Positions 38,104 to 47,636 of a stretch of 64,000 bases of DNA are shown here, in pieces. The notes beneath the pieces were generated by a model. That model saw nothing but the letters and a program-made list of their open reading frames with translations, searched no databases and was not told where the DNA came from. Source of the stretch: Candidatus Krakonobacterium acarorum (GTDB lineage Bacteria; Bacteroidota; Bacteroidia; SolTP2); assembly GCA_050311575.1 (NCBI GenBank), contig JBNOKO010000001.1:329646-393645 (forward strand), given 5' to 3'. How positions within the stretch are numbered: the stretch's first letter is position 1; each line of letters opens with the position of its first letter. The position numbers were made by a program, and so were the translations under genes.

Positions 38104-40120
38104 TTAATAGTTTTTTTAATTTATCAAGGTTTATAATTTCTAGGTTAAGATTTTGTGCTTTTTCAATCTTAGAGCTACCCGGATTTTCTCCTATTAAAAG
38201 ATAGTTAGTATTGTTTGATATACTGCCTGTAACTTTAGCACCATTATCAGATAACAATTTCTTCATATCGCTACGGGTAAATTTATCAAAAATGCCACTA
38301 ATAACAAATGTTTTATTGGATAATTTATTTGAACTTAATTTCTGTGTTATAGAGTTTTGTTTTATGTTTAAGCCAACTTTTTGTAATTCATTAATTAGGT
38401 TTGCAATTGTTTTTTGCTTAAAAAACAACGTTATTTCTTTGGATAATATTTCGCCTATTCCGTCTATGTTAATAAGATCATCATAGGATGCATCTATTAA
38501 TTTTGTTATGTCTTTAAAGTATTCAGCTAAAGTGTTAGCCATTGTTTTGCCTATCCCTGGTATGCCAATAGCGTAAATAAGATTTGATAAAGGTCTTGTT
38601 TTGGATTTGTTTATTGCAGTTAATAGATTGTCTATAGATTTTGTTCCCAAGCCCTTTAAGTTACTAAGTTGTTCTATTTTATCTTCTAAAGAGTATATGT
38701 CTATTATTGATGTTAATAGTTGCTTATTGTATAGCATTTTAATTGTCTCTGTTGAGAATCCTTCTATGTTCATTGCAGCTTTACTAACGAAGTGTTCTAT
38801 TCGTGCTAATATTTGTGGTTTGCAATTATATATATTGGGGCAATAGTAAAACGCTTTGCTTGGGCTTAGCACTAAAGGAGTATTGCAGGCTATGCAGTTG
38901 CTTATAAAATTATATTTCCTGCTGTTTGGTTTTCTTTTATCCAGATTTATACCTATAATTTTTGGAATAATTTCTCCACTTTTTTCGATGTATAGGGTAT
39001 CGTTGGTGTTTATGTCCAGCCGCTCTAATTCTGCTGCGTTATGCAAACTGGCACGTTTTACTATTGTCCCGTTCAGCAGTGTGGGTTCTAGTATTGCAAC
39101 TGGCGTTATTATTCCTGTGCGACCTACTTGAAAATTTATATCTAAAATTTGAGCTTCAACGCTTTCGCTAGAGTATTTATATGCAACGGCCCAGCGTGGC
39201 GATTTAGCAGTTGATCCTAATTCTTGTTGCATGCTAATGTCATTTACTTTAATTACAATCCCGTCTATTTCAAAGCTTAGTGTATTTTTAGATAGTTCAT
39301 ATTGTTTTATAAAATCAAGTACTTCGTTTATATTTTTACATAATTTAATTTCCTTTGATATAGCAAATCCCCATTGCTTCAATATATTTAATCGATCGTA
39401 GTGTGTTAGCGGTAGAGTTTCATAGCTATACAGCCCGTAGCAAAACATATCTAACGAACGCTTTTTAACTTCATTGATATCTAGTAGCTTTATAGATCCT
39501 GCTGCTAAGTTCCTAGGGTTAGCAAATAGATTTTGATTGTTTGCTTTTCTTTGGTTGTTTATCATCTGAAATGCTTTTTTATGTATAAAAATTTCTCCTC
39601 TTACTTCAAATATTCTTGGGGTATGGCTGTTTATAGAAATTTTGTCTGGTATGGTGTATATAGTTTTTATATTTGTTGTTACATCTTCGCCATTAATTCC
39701 ATCGCCTCTTGTTATGGATTTTGTTAATATACCGTTTTCGTAAACTAGATTTATAGATACTCCATCGAATTTTAATTCACATACGTACTCTATTTCCTTT
39801 CGGTCTTTAAAAATAGATTTTACCTTTGTATCAAATTGCAATACTTCTTCGGATGAATAAGTGTTGCTTAAGGATAACATAGGAAACATATGTTTAGCAC
39901 TAGAAAATGTATTTGTTAAATCGCTGGCTACAGACATTGTAGGAGAATTGCTTAACCTATAATTAGGGAATTTTTCTTCTAGCTCTTTCAGTTGTTTTAA
40001 CAATTTATCAAATTCGTAGTCAGAAATGGTAGGATTTGCTAAACAATAATAGTTATAGTTATGCTTAATGAGTTCTTTTGTTATCTTTATAATAAGTTCT
40101 TTGGCTTGTAAAGGATCCAT
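38096..40120 (-). CDS. ligA: NAD-dependent DNA ligase
   Basis: PMLSLSN, ELKFDG, EVRGE, NPRNLAAG, DGIVIK, PRWAVAYK, Cys4 zinc finger, HhH and BRCT domains. Confidence 0.97.
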   Translation of the reverse strand: MDPLQAKELIIKITKELIKHNYNYYCLANPTISDYEFDKLLKQLKELEEKFPNYRLSNSPTMSVASDLTNTFSSAKHMFPMLSLSNTYSSEEVLQFDTKVKSIFKDRKEIEYVCELKFDGVSINLVYENGILTKSITRGDGINGEDVTTNIKTIYTIPDKISINSHTPRIFEVRGEIFIHKKAFQMINNQRKANNQNLFANPRNLAAGSIKLLDINEVKKRSLDMFCYGLYSYETLPLTHYDRLNILKQWGFAISKEIKLCKNINEVLDFIKQYELSKNTLSFEIDGIVIKVNDISMQQELGSTAKSPRWAVAYKYSSESVEAQILDINFQVGRTGIITPVAILEPTLLNGTIVKRASLHNAAELERLDINTNDTLYIEKSGEIIPKIIGINLDKRKPNSRKYNFISNCIACNTPLVLSPSKAFYYCPNIYNCKPQILARIEHFVSKAAMNIEGFSTETIKMLYNKQLLTSIIDIYSLEDKIEQLSNLKGLGTKSIDNLLTAINKSKTRPLSNLIYAIGIPGIGKTMANTLAEYFKDITKLIDASYDDLINIDGIGEILSKEITLFFKQKTIANLINELQKVGLNIKQNSITQKLSSNKLSNKTFVISGIFDKFTRSDMKKLLSDNGAKVTGSISNNTNYLLIGENPGSSKIEKAQNLNLEIINLDKLKKLLNE

Positions 40121-40151
40121 TTTAATTGTCTTATTAAATTATAATTTATAA

Positions 40152-41450
40152 ATGAATAACAATATAAGTTTTATTAACGATTTGTCATGGCGTGGCATGA
40201 TACACGACAGCTCTGTCGATATAGATACGTTATTTTCTAATGATATGGTATCAGCCTATATCGGTTTTGATGCTACTGCAGACTCACTTCATGTAGGACA
40301 TCTAATGCAAATAATGACCTTAGTACATTTTCAAAGAGCAGGCCATAAACCATTTGTATTAGTTGGTGGCGCAACCTCGATGGTAGGAGACCCAACAGGA
40401 AAATCTCAAGAGCGTTCCCTTTTAGATATAGAGACTCTGAAGCATTATCAAGGTTGTCTTGCTGAACAATTATCAAAATTTATGGATTTTTCCCCGTCTA
40501 ACAACCAAGCCGAAATAATTAATAACTATGATTGGTTAAAAGACTATAGTTTTTTAAATTTTATTAGGGATGTAGGAAAACATATAACTGTTAATTATAT
40601 GATGGCAAAAGACTGCGTTAAAAACCGTTTTAGTGGTGATACAGGAATATCTTTTACAGAATTTTGTTATCAATTAGTACAGGGTTACGATTTTTATTAT
40701 TTATTTAATCAGCGAAATTGTTTGTTACAAATGGGTGGTTCGGACCAATGGGGGAATATAACTACAGGTATAGAATTAATAAGAAGAAAAACTGGTAAAA
40801 AAGCTTACGGTATAACTACAAAACTTATAAAAAAAGCTGATGGAACTAAATTTGGAAAAACCGAGGGCGGCTCTGTTTGGTTAGATAGAAATAAAACTTC
40901 ACCATATAGTTTCTATCAATTTTGGCTGAATGCTGCTGACCAGGATGCTATTAGCTGGATTAAATATTTTACTCTTAAAAGCAAAGAAGAAATAGAAGGC
41001 ATAATAAACAGACATATGAGTGATCCTGGTAAGCGCTTGTTACAAAAAGAACTGGCAAATGAACTAACAACAACGGTACACTCCAAAGAGGACGCTAATA
41101 AATCAGCAGCAGCAGCAGAATTTTTATTCGGTAATACTACTACAGAATTTATAAATAGTTTGAGCGACACAGAAGTGGAAGAGATGTTCTATTCTAATAA
41201 TATATTCACTTTATCTAAAGACGATTTATCAGAACCTTTAAACATAATAAATTTAATAGTTGATAAAACTGAAATAATAAAATCCAGATCTGAAGCTCGT
41301 AGATTAATTTCTCAACAAGGAGTATTGTTGAATAAAGCAAAAGTGTTAGATGATACTTATAATTTAGGTGATAAAGATTTACTCAATGGTAAGTATTTAA
41401 TTATTCAAAAAGGCAAAAAAAATTATTTTTTAATAAGATTTGTTTCTTAA
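40152..41450 (+). CDS. tyrS: Tyrosine-tRNA ligase
   Basis: YIGFDATADSLHVGH, QGYDF, GGSDQWGNI, KFGKTE, S4 domain. Confidence 0.97.
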   Translation: MNNNISFINDLSWRGMIHDSSVDIDTLFSNDMVSAYIGFDATADSLHVGHLMQIMTLVHFQRAGHKPFVLVGGATSMVGDPTGKSQERSLLDIETLKHYQGCLAEQLSKFMDFSPSNNQAEIINNYDWLKDYSFLNFIRDVGKHITVNYMMAKDCVKNRFSGDTGISFTEFCYQLVQGYDFYYLFNQRNCLLQMGGSDQWGNITTGIELIRRKTGKKAYGITTKLIKKADGTKFGKTEGGSVWLDRNKTSPYSFYQFWLNAADQDAISWIKYFTLKSKEEIEGIINRHMSDPGKRLLQKELANELTTTVHSKEDANKSAAAAEFLFGNTTTEFINSLSDTEVEEMFYSNNIFTLSKDDLSEPLNIINLIVDKTEIIKSRSEARRLISQQGVLLNKAKVLDDTYNLGDKDLLNGKYLIIQKGKKNYFLIRFVS

Positions 41451-41452
41451 GA

Positions 41453-41476
41453 TTATTGCGTTATTGCGTTATTGCG
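41453..41476. repeat. 8-bp tandem repeat (TTATTGCG) x3 spanning the pdxA stop codon
   Basis: Copies at 41453-41460, 41461-41468 and 41469-41476. Confidence 0.85.
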
Positions 41477-42578
41477 TTTCATCTGTAAGTTCGTCTTCTT
41501 CGTCGTTGCTGTCATCTAAGATGTTATGTACAGAATTATTAAACGGTAACGGATTTTTGGATAACTCCAGATATTCAGTTCGTGCTCTTGATATATCGAT
41601 AGCAGCATATATAGCTTGTTTAAATGATGTAGTGTCGGCTTTGCCCTGGCCGGCTATGTTATAGGCTACGCCGTGGGTTGGTGAAGTACGTATAAACTCT
41701 AGTCCGGCTGTAAAATTAACGCCTTCATCGTCTGCAATCAACTTAAATGGTATTAGGCCCTGGTCGTGGTACATAGCTAGTGTTGCATCGAAGGATCTGT
41801 ACAGCCCTCTTGCAAAGAAGCTGTCAGCAGGAAATGGTCCATGCGCTATAATCCCTTTTTTTGTTAGTTCTTCAATAGCAGGTTTTATGGTCATTTCTTC
41901 ATCTTTACCCAATAATCCTCTATCGCCAGAGTGGGGATTAAGGCCTAATATGGCGATTTTAGGTGCAGATATCCAAAAATCTTTTTTTAAGCTCTCATAT
42001 AAAATAGTTGCTTTAGATACAATAAGTTCAGTATTTATTTTTTTAGAAATATCGTTAATGCTCGTATGATTAGTGACTAAAGCCAATTTTAGCTGTTCTG
42101 ATATAAAAAACATTAAAGATTTTTTATGGTGAGAGCTGTTCGCCAGACTTTCGAAAAATTCGGTTTGACCTTTAAAATCTGTTTTTATGGCTTGAGAAAT
42201 AGTCGATTTGTCAACAGGAGCAGTTACTACAGCATCGATCAAATTATTTTGTAAGTCTTTACCAGCCGATTTAAGAGATTGCAAAGCATACAAACCAGCT
42301 TCCGGAGATGGTTCGCCTAGTGTTATGCGAGGTGAATCGTTTATAACCTCCATTATGTTTATAATTTTTGCGTTTGTATCGCTAGCATTATTAACAGATC
42401 TTAACTTTATATCAGGTATTTTTGCGTTTTTCTTGTATATAGCTATGGTTTTGGCTGATCCATATATTATGGGCGTACATAAGTTATTAATTTTGGAATC
42501 GCGTAGCGTATTTAATATAACTTCTAACCCAATTCCATTTATATCTCCAGTTGTTATTCCTATTTTAGGTTTTTTCAT
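41469..42578 (-). CDS. pdxA: 4-hydroxythreonine-4-phosphate dehydrogenase PdxA (divergent active site)
   Basis: KIGITTGDINGIG, VVTAPVDK, GLNPHSGD, MYHDQGLIPFK, VNFTAGL, RTSPTHG; start placed at ATG 42578. Confidence 0.9.
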   Translation of the reverse strand: MKKPKIGITTGDINGIGLEVILNTLRDSKINNLCTPIIYGSAKTIAIYKKNAKIPDIKLRSVNNASDTNAKIINIMEVINDSPRITLGEPSPEAGLYALQSLKSAGKDLQNNLIDAVVTAPVDKSTISQAIKTDFKGQTEFFESLANSSHHKKSLMFFISEQLKLALVTNHTSINDISKKINTELIVSKATILYESLKKDFWISAPKIAILGLNPHSGDRGLLGKDEEMTIKPAIEELTKKGIIAHGPFPADSFFARGLYRSFDATLAMYHDQGLIPFKLIADDEGVNFTAGLEFIRTSPTHGVAYNIAGQGKADTTSFKQAIYAAIDISRARTEYLELSKNPLPFNNSVHNILDDSNDEEDELTDETQ

Positions 42579-42614
42579 ATTTTTAATATCTATAAATTTT
42601 AATGCATCAAAATT

Positions 42615-43379
42615 TTGGTAAGAGCAAAGAAGAAGTTTGGGCAACATTTTCTAATAAACAAACAAATATCGCAGCAAATTGTACGATCGCTTGTTGTAAC
42701 ATCAGGTTCTAATATTTTAGAAATAGGGCCAGGCACAGGTGCTCTAACAGAGTATATACTCAACATTCCAAATATATCAATTTATTTGATTGATATTGAT
42801 TTGGAATCTATTAATTATCTTAAAGATAAATTTAAGATAATTAATAATAATATTTTATATGGCAATTTTTTGGAGATAAATCTTCAAGAGCTATTTAAAG
42901 GCCGGCAAGTAAGCATAATTGGAAATTTCCCATATAATATTTCATCGCAGATAATATTTACAATATTAGATCAGTACAAGTTTGTTAATGCAGTTGTTGG
43001 TACTTTTCAATATGAAGTTGCTGAACGTATATCTTCCGGTCCAAATAGTAAGAAGTATGGGATAATAAGCGTTTTAACTCAAGTGTATTATGATGCGTCC
43101 ATGTTATTTGCTATTGGTAAAGAAAATTTTTATCCTCAGCCTAAAGTTGAATCTGCAGTTATAAAACTTGTTAGAAGAGAAAAACCTCTTGTTGATGAAC
43201 AAGATTGGGGATTTTTTAAACAACTTGTAAAAGCATCTTTTTTGCATAGACGCAAAACTTTACGGAATAACTTAAAAATATTCGATTTATCGAAGGTAAT
43301 AAACAAGGAAATATTAAATTTAAGAGCAGAAAATTTGTCGTTAGAAGATTATATAAACCTAGCAAAAATATTAAAGTAA
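42615..43379 (+). CDS. rsmA: 16S rRNA (A1518/A1519) dimethyltransferase
   Basis: AKKKFGQHFL, LEIGPGTGALT, GNFPYNISS, FYPQPKVES; TTG start. Confidence 0.95.
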   Translation: MVRAKKKFGQHFLINKQISQQIVRSLVVTSGSNILEIGPGTGALTEYILNIPNISIYLIDIDLESINYLKDKFKIINNNILYGNFLEINLQELFKGRQVSIIGNFPYNISSQIIFTILDQYKFVNAVVGTFQYEVAERISSGPNSKKYGIISVLTQVYYDASMLFAIGKENFYPQPKVESAVIKLVRREKPLVDEQDWGFFKQLVKASFLHRRKTLRNNLKIFDLSKVINKEILNLRAENLSLEDYINLAKILK

Positions 43380-43403
43380 TAATTTCTAAAAATAATATTT
43401 ACC

Positions 43404-43745
43404 ATGAAAAATAAAGAATTAAAGCTTAATGTAACTACCAATGAGGGTATAGTTGAAAGGATTAGTTGGCAGGCCAGTGATTTTGAAAATAATAAAGAGA
43501 CTGAAACAAAAGCTTTTATGCTATCGGTTTGGGACGAAGATAAAAAAGGTACCTTAAAAGTTGATTTGTGGACAAAGGATATGCGTGTTGATGAAATGAA
43601 AGTATTCTTCTACGAAGCTTTAATGAGCATGTCCGAAACCTTTTTAAAGGCAACAGGAGAAAAAAATATAGTTGAAGATTTAAGGGATTATTGTGCACAT
43701 TTTGCTGAAAAAATGGAAATTAAAGATAGTAATCATAATGAGTAA
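43404..43745 (+). CDS. gldC: Gliding motility protein GldC
   Basis: ISWQASD, KAFMLSVWD, DLWTKDMRVDEMKVFF. Confidence 0.88.
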   Translation: MKNKELKLNVTTNEGIVERISWQASDFENNKETETKAFMLSVWDEDKKGTLKVDLWTKDMRVDEMKVFFYEALMSMSETFLKATGEKNIVEDLRDYCAHFAEKMEIKDSNHNE

Positions 43746-44929
43746 GTAAATTTTTGCCCTTCTGTTTCGATAATAAGTTCTGCTTGTTCAGAATCTGTAA
43801 CCCTACCTATGATTTGGGCATCTATATCAAATGATTGCGAGATTTTTATAATTTGTTTAGCGCTTAGTTCGTCAGTATAAATTTCCATACGATGCCCCAT
43901 ATTAAATACATTATAGAGCTCCTTTACAGGGGTTTTGCCTTCTTGTTTAATTAGCCTGAATATTGGCGGCAAAGCAAATAAATTGTCCTTTATTATACAT
44001 CCTTTCTTTATAAAGTGCAATATTTTACTTTGTCCTCCCCCTGTGCAGTGTATCATACCCTGTATTTTATCTTTTAAACCATTTTTTAATATTTCTTTTA
44101 TAACCGGCTGATAAGTACGAGTAGGGGATAGGAGCAGTTTTGCAATATTAACTGTTCCCCATTTTGGTATGTGTAAAGAATCGTCCAGACCTTTACTTCC
44201 TGAATATATAAAGTTTGGGTTAGTATTATTATCAAATGTTTCCGGATAGTTTTTAGCTAAAGTTTTATTGAAAATATCGTGCCTTGCTGATGTTAATCCG
44301 TTGCTACCTATACCGCTGTTATAGCTGGTTTCATATGTTGCTTGCCCTGATGATGCCAGCCCTACTATTACATTGCCTGGTTTAATGTCTATATTAATAA
44401 CATCTTTTCTTTTTATTCTGCTTATAGCTGTTGAGTCAACTATTATAGTTTTAGTTATATCTCCTAAGTCTGCAGTTTCTCCACCAGATAAAATAATATT
44501 TGAGTTTGTGATTTTGTTTAATGTGCTTAGGAATGTATTTGTACCGTTTATAATTTCAGATAAAACTTCTTGAGGTATTAAGTGTTTGTTTCGCGCTATA
44601 GTTGATGATAAAATTATATTACCAGTAATTCCGATACACAGTAAATCGTCTGTATTCATAACAATAGCATCTTGAGAAATGTCTTTCCATACAGATAAAT
44701 CGCCGCTATGGCGCCAGTAAGCGTAGGCCAAAGCTGATTTGCTTCCTGCACCATCTGCGTGCATACAAAGACAATAGGCATCGTCATTTGTTAGAATATC
44801 CTCATTTATTTTGCAGAAAGTATTGGAGAATAATCCTTTATCTAAATTTTTTATAGCTTTGTGTACATCAACCTTTGAACTCGATACACCTCTTTTGTTA
44901 TAAATATTACTGGAGTCTTGTTTGTTCAT
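43733..44929 (-). CDS. purM: Phosphoribosylformylglycinamidine cyclo-ligase (Bacteroidota type)
   Basis: RGVSSSKVDVH, MHADGAG, MNTDDL, GGETAD, SNGLTSARHD, SPTRTY, HCTGGGQ, FNMGHRME. Confidence 0.93.
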   Translation of the reverse strand: MNKQDSSNIYNKRGVSSSKVDVHKAIKNLDKGLFSNTFCKINEDILTNDDAYCLCMHADGAGSKSALAYAYWRHSGDLSVWKDISQDAIVMNTDDLLCIGITGNIILSSTIARNKHLIPQEVLSEIINGTNTFLSTLNKITNSNIILSGGETADLGDITKTIIVDSTAISRIKRKDVINIDIKPGNVIVGLASSGQATYETSYNSGIGSNGLTSARHDIFNKTLAKNYPETFDNNTNPNFIYSGSKGLDDSLHIPKWGTVNIAKLLLSPTRTYQPVIKEILKNGLKDKIQGMIHCTGGGQSKILHFIKKGCIIKDNLFALPPIFRLIKQEGKTPVKELYNVFNMGHRMEIYTDELSAKQIIKISQSFDIDAQIIGRVTDSEQAELIIETEGQKFTYSL

Positions 44930-44957
44930 TCATTTTTTAAATAATATACAATATAGT

Positions 44958-46025
44958 ATGGCAATATCAATTAATAAAATAGATAAACCCAAAATTAATG
45001 AAGTAAATGCTAAAGATTTAGGTTTTGGCAAATTTGTTACAGACCATATGCTAGTTGCACAGTACGATAATGGTTGGCAATTACCCACAATAATGCCATA
45101 TGGTAATATTTCGATTTCTCCTGCTGCAAAAGTATTACATTATGGGCAGTCTATTTTTGAGGGTTTAAAAGCTTATAAAATTAACGAAGAACAAATTGCT
45201 ATATTCCGTTTGCAAGACGCATTTGAACGTTTTAATAATTCTGCTGCGCGTATGGCTATGCCTGATGTTCCCAAAGAAATTTTTATCAACGGTATACGAG
45301 AATTGGTTAAGCTTGATAAAGCATGGATGCCAAAGGATAATGATGCTTCTATATATATACGCCCTGTCATGTTCGCAACTGAAGTTGGTGTAGGGGTTGC
45401 ACCGGCAACACAATACCAGTTTATAATATTTTTATCATTAGCAGGCAAATATTATTCAAGGCCTGTAAAGCTAAAAATAGAAACACAATACGCCAGAGTT
45501 TCAAAAGGTGGGACCGGATATGCAAAAGCATCTGCTAATTATGCAGTATCTCTCTATCCTACTTTAAAGGCACAAGAAGAGGGGTTTGATCAGGTTATAT
45601 GGACTGATAGCACTACCCATACACTTATTGAAGAAGCTGGCGTTATGAATATTATGTGCATAATTGGAGACACTTTAATTACTCCGGATTTGAATGATCG
45701 TATCTTACCTGGAATAACACGCAAAACAATAATACAAATAGTTAAAGATAATCCGGACGGCAGCTTAAAGGATATTAAAGAAGTTCAAGAACGGCCATTG
45801 TCAGTTAAAGAAGTTGTAGAAGCTTATGAGAATGGAACTTTAAAAGAAGTTTTTGGAGTAGGTACAGCTGCTGTTATACAAAAGATACGAGCTATATCTT
45901 ATAAAGATAAACTTATGGAGTTTGATACAGATAATTATTTTATTTCTGATAAAATTCATGAATGCTTTAATAATGTAAGACAAGGGAAATTTGATGAGTA
46001 TAAATCTTGGCTTGATGTATTATAA
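44958..46025 (+). CDS. ilvE: Branched-chain amino acid aminotransferase
   Basis: TDHM, LHYGQSIFEGLKA, YIRP, GGTGYAK (PLP Lys), ILPGITR, GTAAVI; ATG 44958 preferred. Confidence 0.93.
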   Translation: MAISINKIDKPKINEVNAKDLGFGKFVTDHMLVAQYDNGWQLPTIMPYGNISISPAAKVLHYGQSIFEGLKAYKINEEQIAIFRLQDAFERFNNSAARMAMPDVPKEIFINGIRELVKLDKAWMPKDNDASIYIRPVMFATEVGVGVAPATQYQFIIFLSLAGKYYSRPVKLKIETQYARVSKGGTGYAKASANYAVSLYPTLKAQEEGFDQVIWTDSTTHTLIEEAGVMNIMCIIGDTLITPDLNDRILPGITRKTIIQIVKDNPDGSLKDIKEVQERPLSVKEVVEAYENGTLKEVFGVGTAAVIQKIRAISYKDKLMEFDTDNYFISDKIHECFNNVRQGKFDEYKSWLDVL

Positions 46026-46063
46026 TTCAATGCGCATTAATTATTAAACAATACACACTAGTT

Positions 46064-46825
46064 ATGGATGATAAGCTAAATCCAACTTTCAAGGAAGTTC
46101 TAAAGACTAAAAATACGGTTGCTATAAAGAAAATGTTCGACGATATAGCTCCTAAATATGATTTACTTAATCATTTATTGTCTTTTAATATAGACAAATA
46201 CTGGAGAAAGAAGGCAATAGCAGAGCTTAAAGATTTAAAAAATAAAGAATCCGTAATAATAGATTTAGCTACAGGAACAGGAGACTTAGCTAAGATGATT
46301 ATAAGTAATCTGGCGCCACGTAAACTTATAGCTCTAGACGTATCTGAATCTATGTTGAAAATAGCTGGTAATAAATTGAGTTTGAGTAATACTAATTGCC
46401 AAATTAGCCTTAAGGTTGAAGCCGCGGAAACTTTAGCGGCTCCATCCGATACAATAGATGCAGTAACTGTAGCTTTTGGAGTTAGAAATTTTAATAATTT
46501 AGATTTAGCATTACAAAATATATATTCTGTATTAAAGCCAAATGCTAAGGTTGTGATTATAGAATTTTCTAAGCCGAAAAATAGAATCATTGGTTATATA
46601 TATAGATATTATTTCTCAAAATTGCTACCTTTTGTTGGGCGTTTGATTTCTGGTCATAGTTTTGCTTACAATTATCTTATCGACTCTGTGCAGGAGTTTC
46701 CATCAGGCAAAAAATTTTTAATAAAAATGCATAATGCAGGATTTTCTGATACTTACTATAAATCTTTAACTTTTGGAATATGTTCTATTTATGTGGGTTA
46801 TAAGAAGCCAAATACCAATATTTAA
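46064..46825 (+). CDS. menG: Demethylmenaquinone methyltransferase
   Basis: MFDDIAPKYDLLNH, DLATGTGD, VAFGVRNF, IEFSKP, AYNYL, LTFGICSIY. Confidence 0.93.
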   Translation: MDDKLNPTFKEVLKTKNTVAIKKMFDDIAPKYDLLNHLLSFNIDKYWRKKAIAELKDLKNKESVIIDLATGTGDLAKMIISNLAPRKLIALDVSESMLKIAGNKLSLSNTNCQISLKVEAAETLAAPSDTIDAVTVAFGVRNFNNLDLALQNIYSVLKPNAKVVIIEFSKPKNRIIGYIYRYYFSKLLPFVGRLISGHSFAYNYLIDSVQEFPSGKKFLIKMHNAGFSDTYYKSLTFGICSIYVGYKKPNTNI

Positions 46826-47585
46826 ACTATTAATTATAATAATTGTTTTACTCGGTAAAATAGACTTTGTTAAGGCACAAATGCCTGCTTTTTTGAACAG
46901 TGCAGGCAATATAGATGACAGCCCTATAAACTTTGGTTTCTTACTGGAGGTAAATAGACCGAATTTACACGTTAATAAACTTGCCAATTTCACTGAAATA
47001 AATTTTCCTGATCAAAGCTCCCCAGGAGTTAATAATACATTGCTTGCTATTGAGAATATCCCCAAAATTTCTTTTGCTGCGGGGTTTCTTGCAAGCCTAA
47101 GTTTGACTAATAATCTTGACATTAGAATTACTCCCAGATTTACTTTTTTAGGCAGAGGTTTGCGTTATAGATACTATAAAGGAGAGGCAAAAGATAATGT
47201 TTTGGCTATTATAAAAGATATCCCAAGTACTTTGGTTGAGCTTCCTTTGTTGTTAAAGTATAAAGGCAATAGAGATGCAAATTTTAGGCCTTATGTAATA
47301 GGAGGCTTAAGCTATAATATAGACATAAGGAAAAACAAAAAATATAATGACAGCGAATTTCCATTAGACAGCGATGATAGATTTGTAAAGCTTAAAAATA
47401 ACTACATTGCTTGGGAAGTTGGATTAGGAATAGAAATTTATAATGTATATTTTAAATTAACCCCTGAAATTAGATTTTCTAAAAGTATAGGGTCTATTTT
47501 ATTTAACAGAGATGAAAATAAATTTACAAGACCGTTAATAGATTTAAATGATCAGTTGATTCGTCTTACATTTTATTTTGAGTAA
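46791..47585 (+). CDS. porT: T9SS outer-membrane beta-barrel PorT/SprT
   Basis: NFGF, LDIRITP, ELPLLLKYK, RPYVIGG, YFKLTPEIRFS, C-terminal FYFE; menG-porT adjacency typical of Bacteroidota; start 46773 or 46791. Confidence 0.85.
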   Translation: MWVIRSQIPIFKLLIIIIVLLGKIDFVKAQMPAFLNSAGNIDDSPINFGFLLEVNRPNLHVNKLANFTEINFPDQSSPGVNNTLLAIENIPKISFAAGFLASLSLTNNLDIRITPRFTFLGRGLRYRYYKGEAKDNVLAIIKDIPSTLVELPLLLKYKGNRDANFRPYVIGGLSYNIDIRKNKKYNDSEFPLDSDDRFVKLKNNYIAWEVGLGIEIYNVYFKLTPEIRFSKSIGSILFNRDENKFTRPLIDLNDQLIRLTFYFE

Positions 47586-47636
47586 TTTAGTATAAATCGG
47601 AATAGTTTATTTGATAATATATTTAAGAGATAAGTA

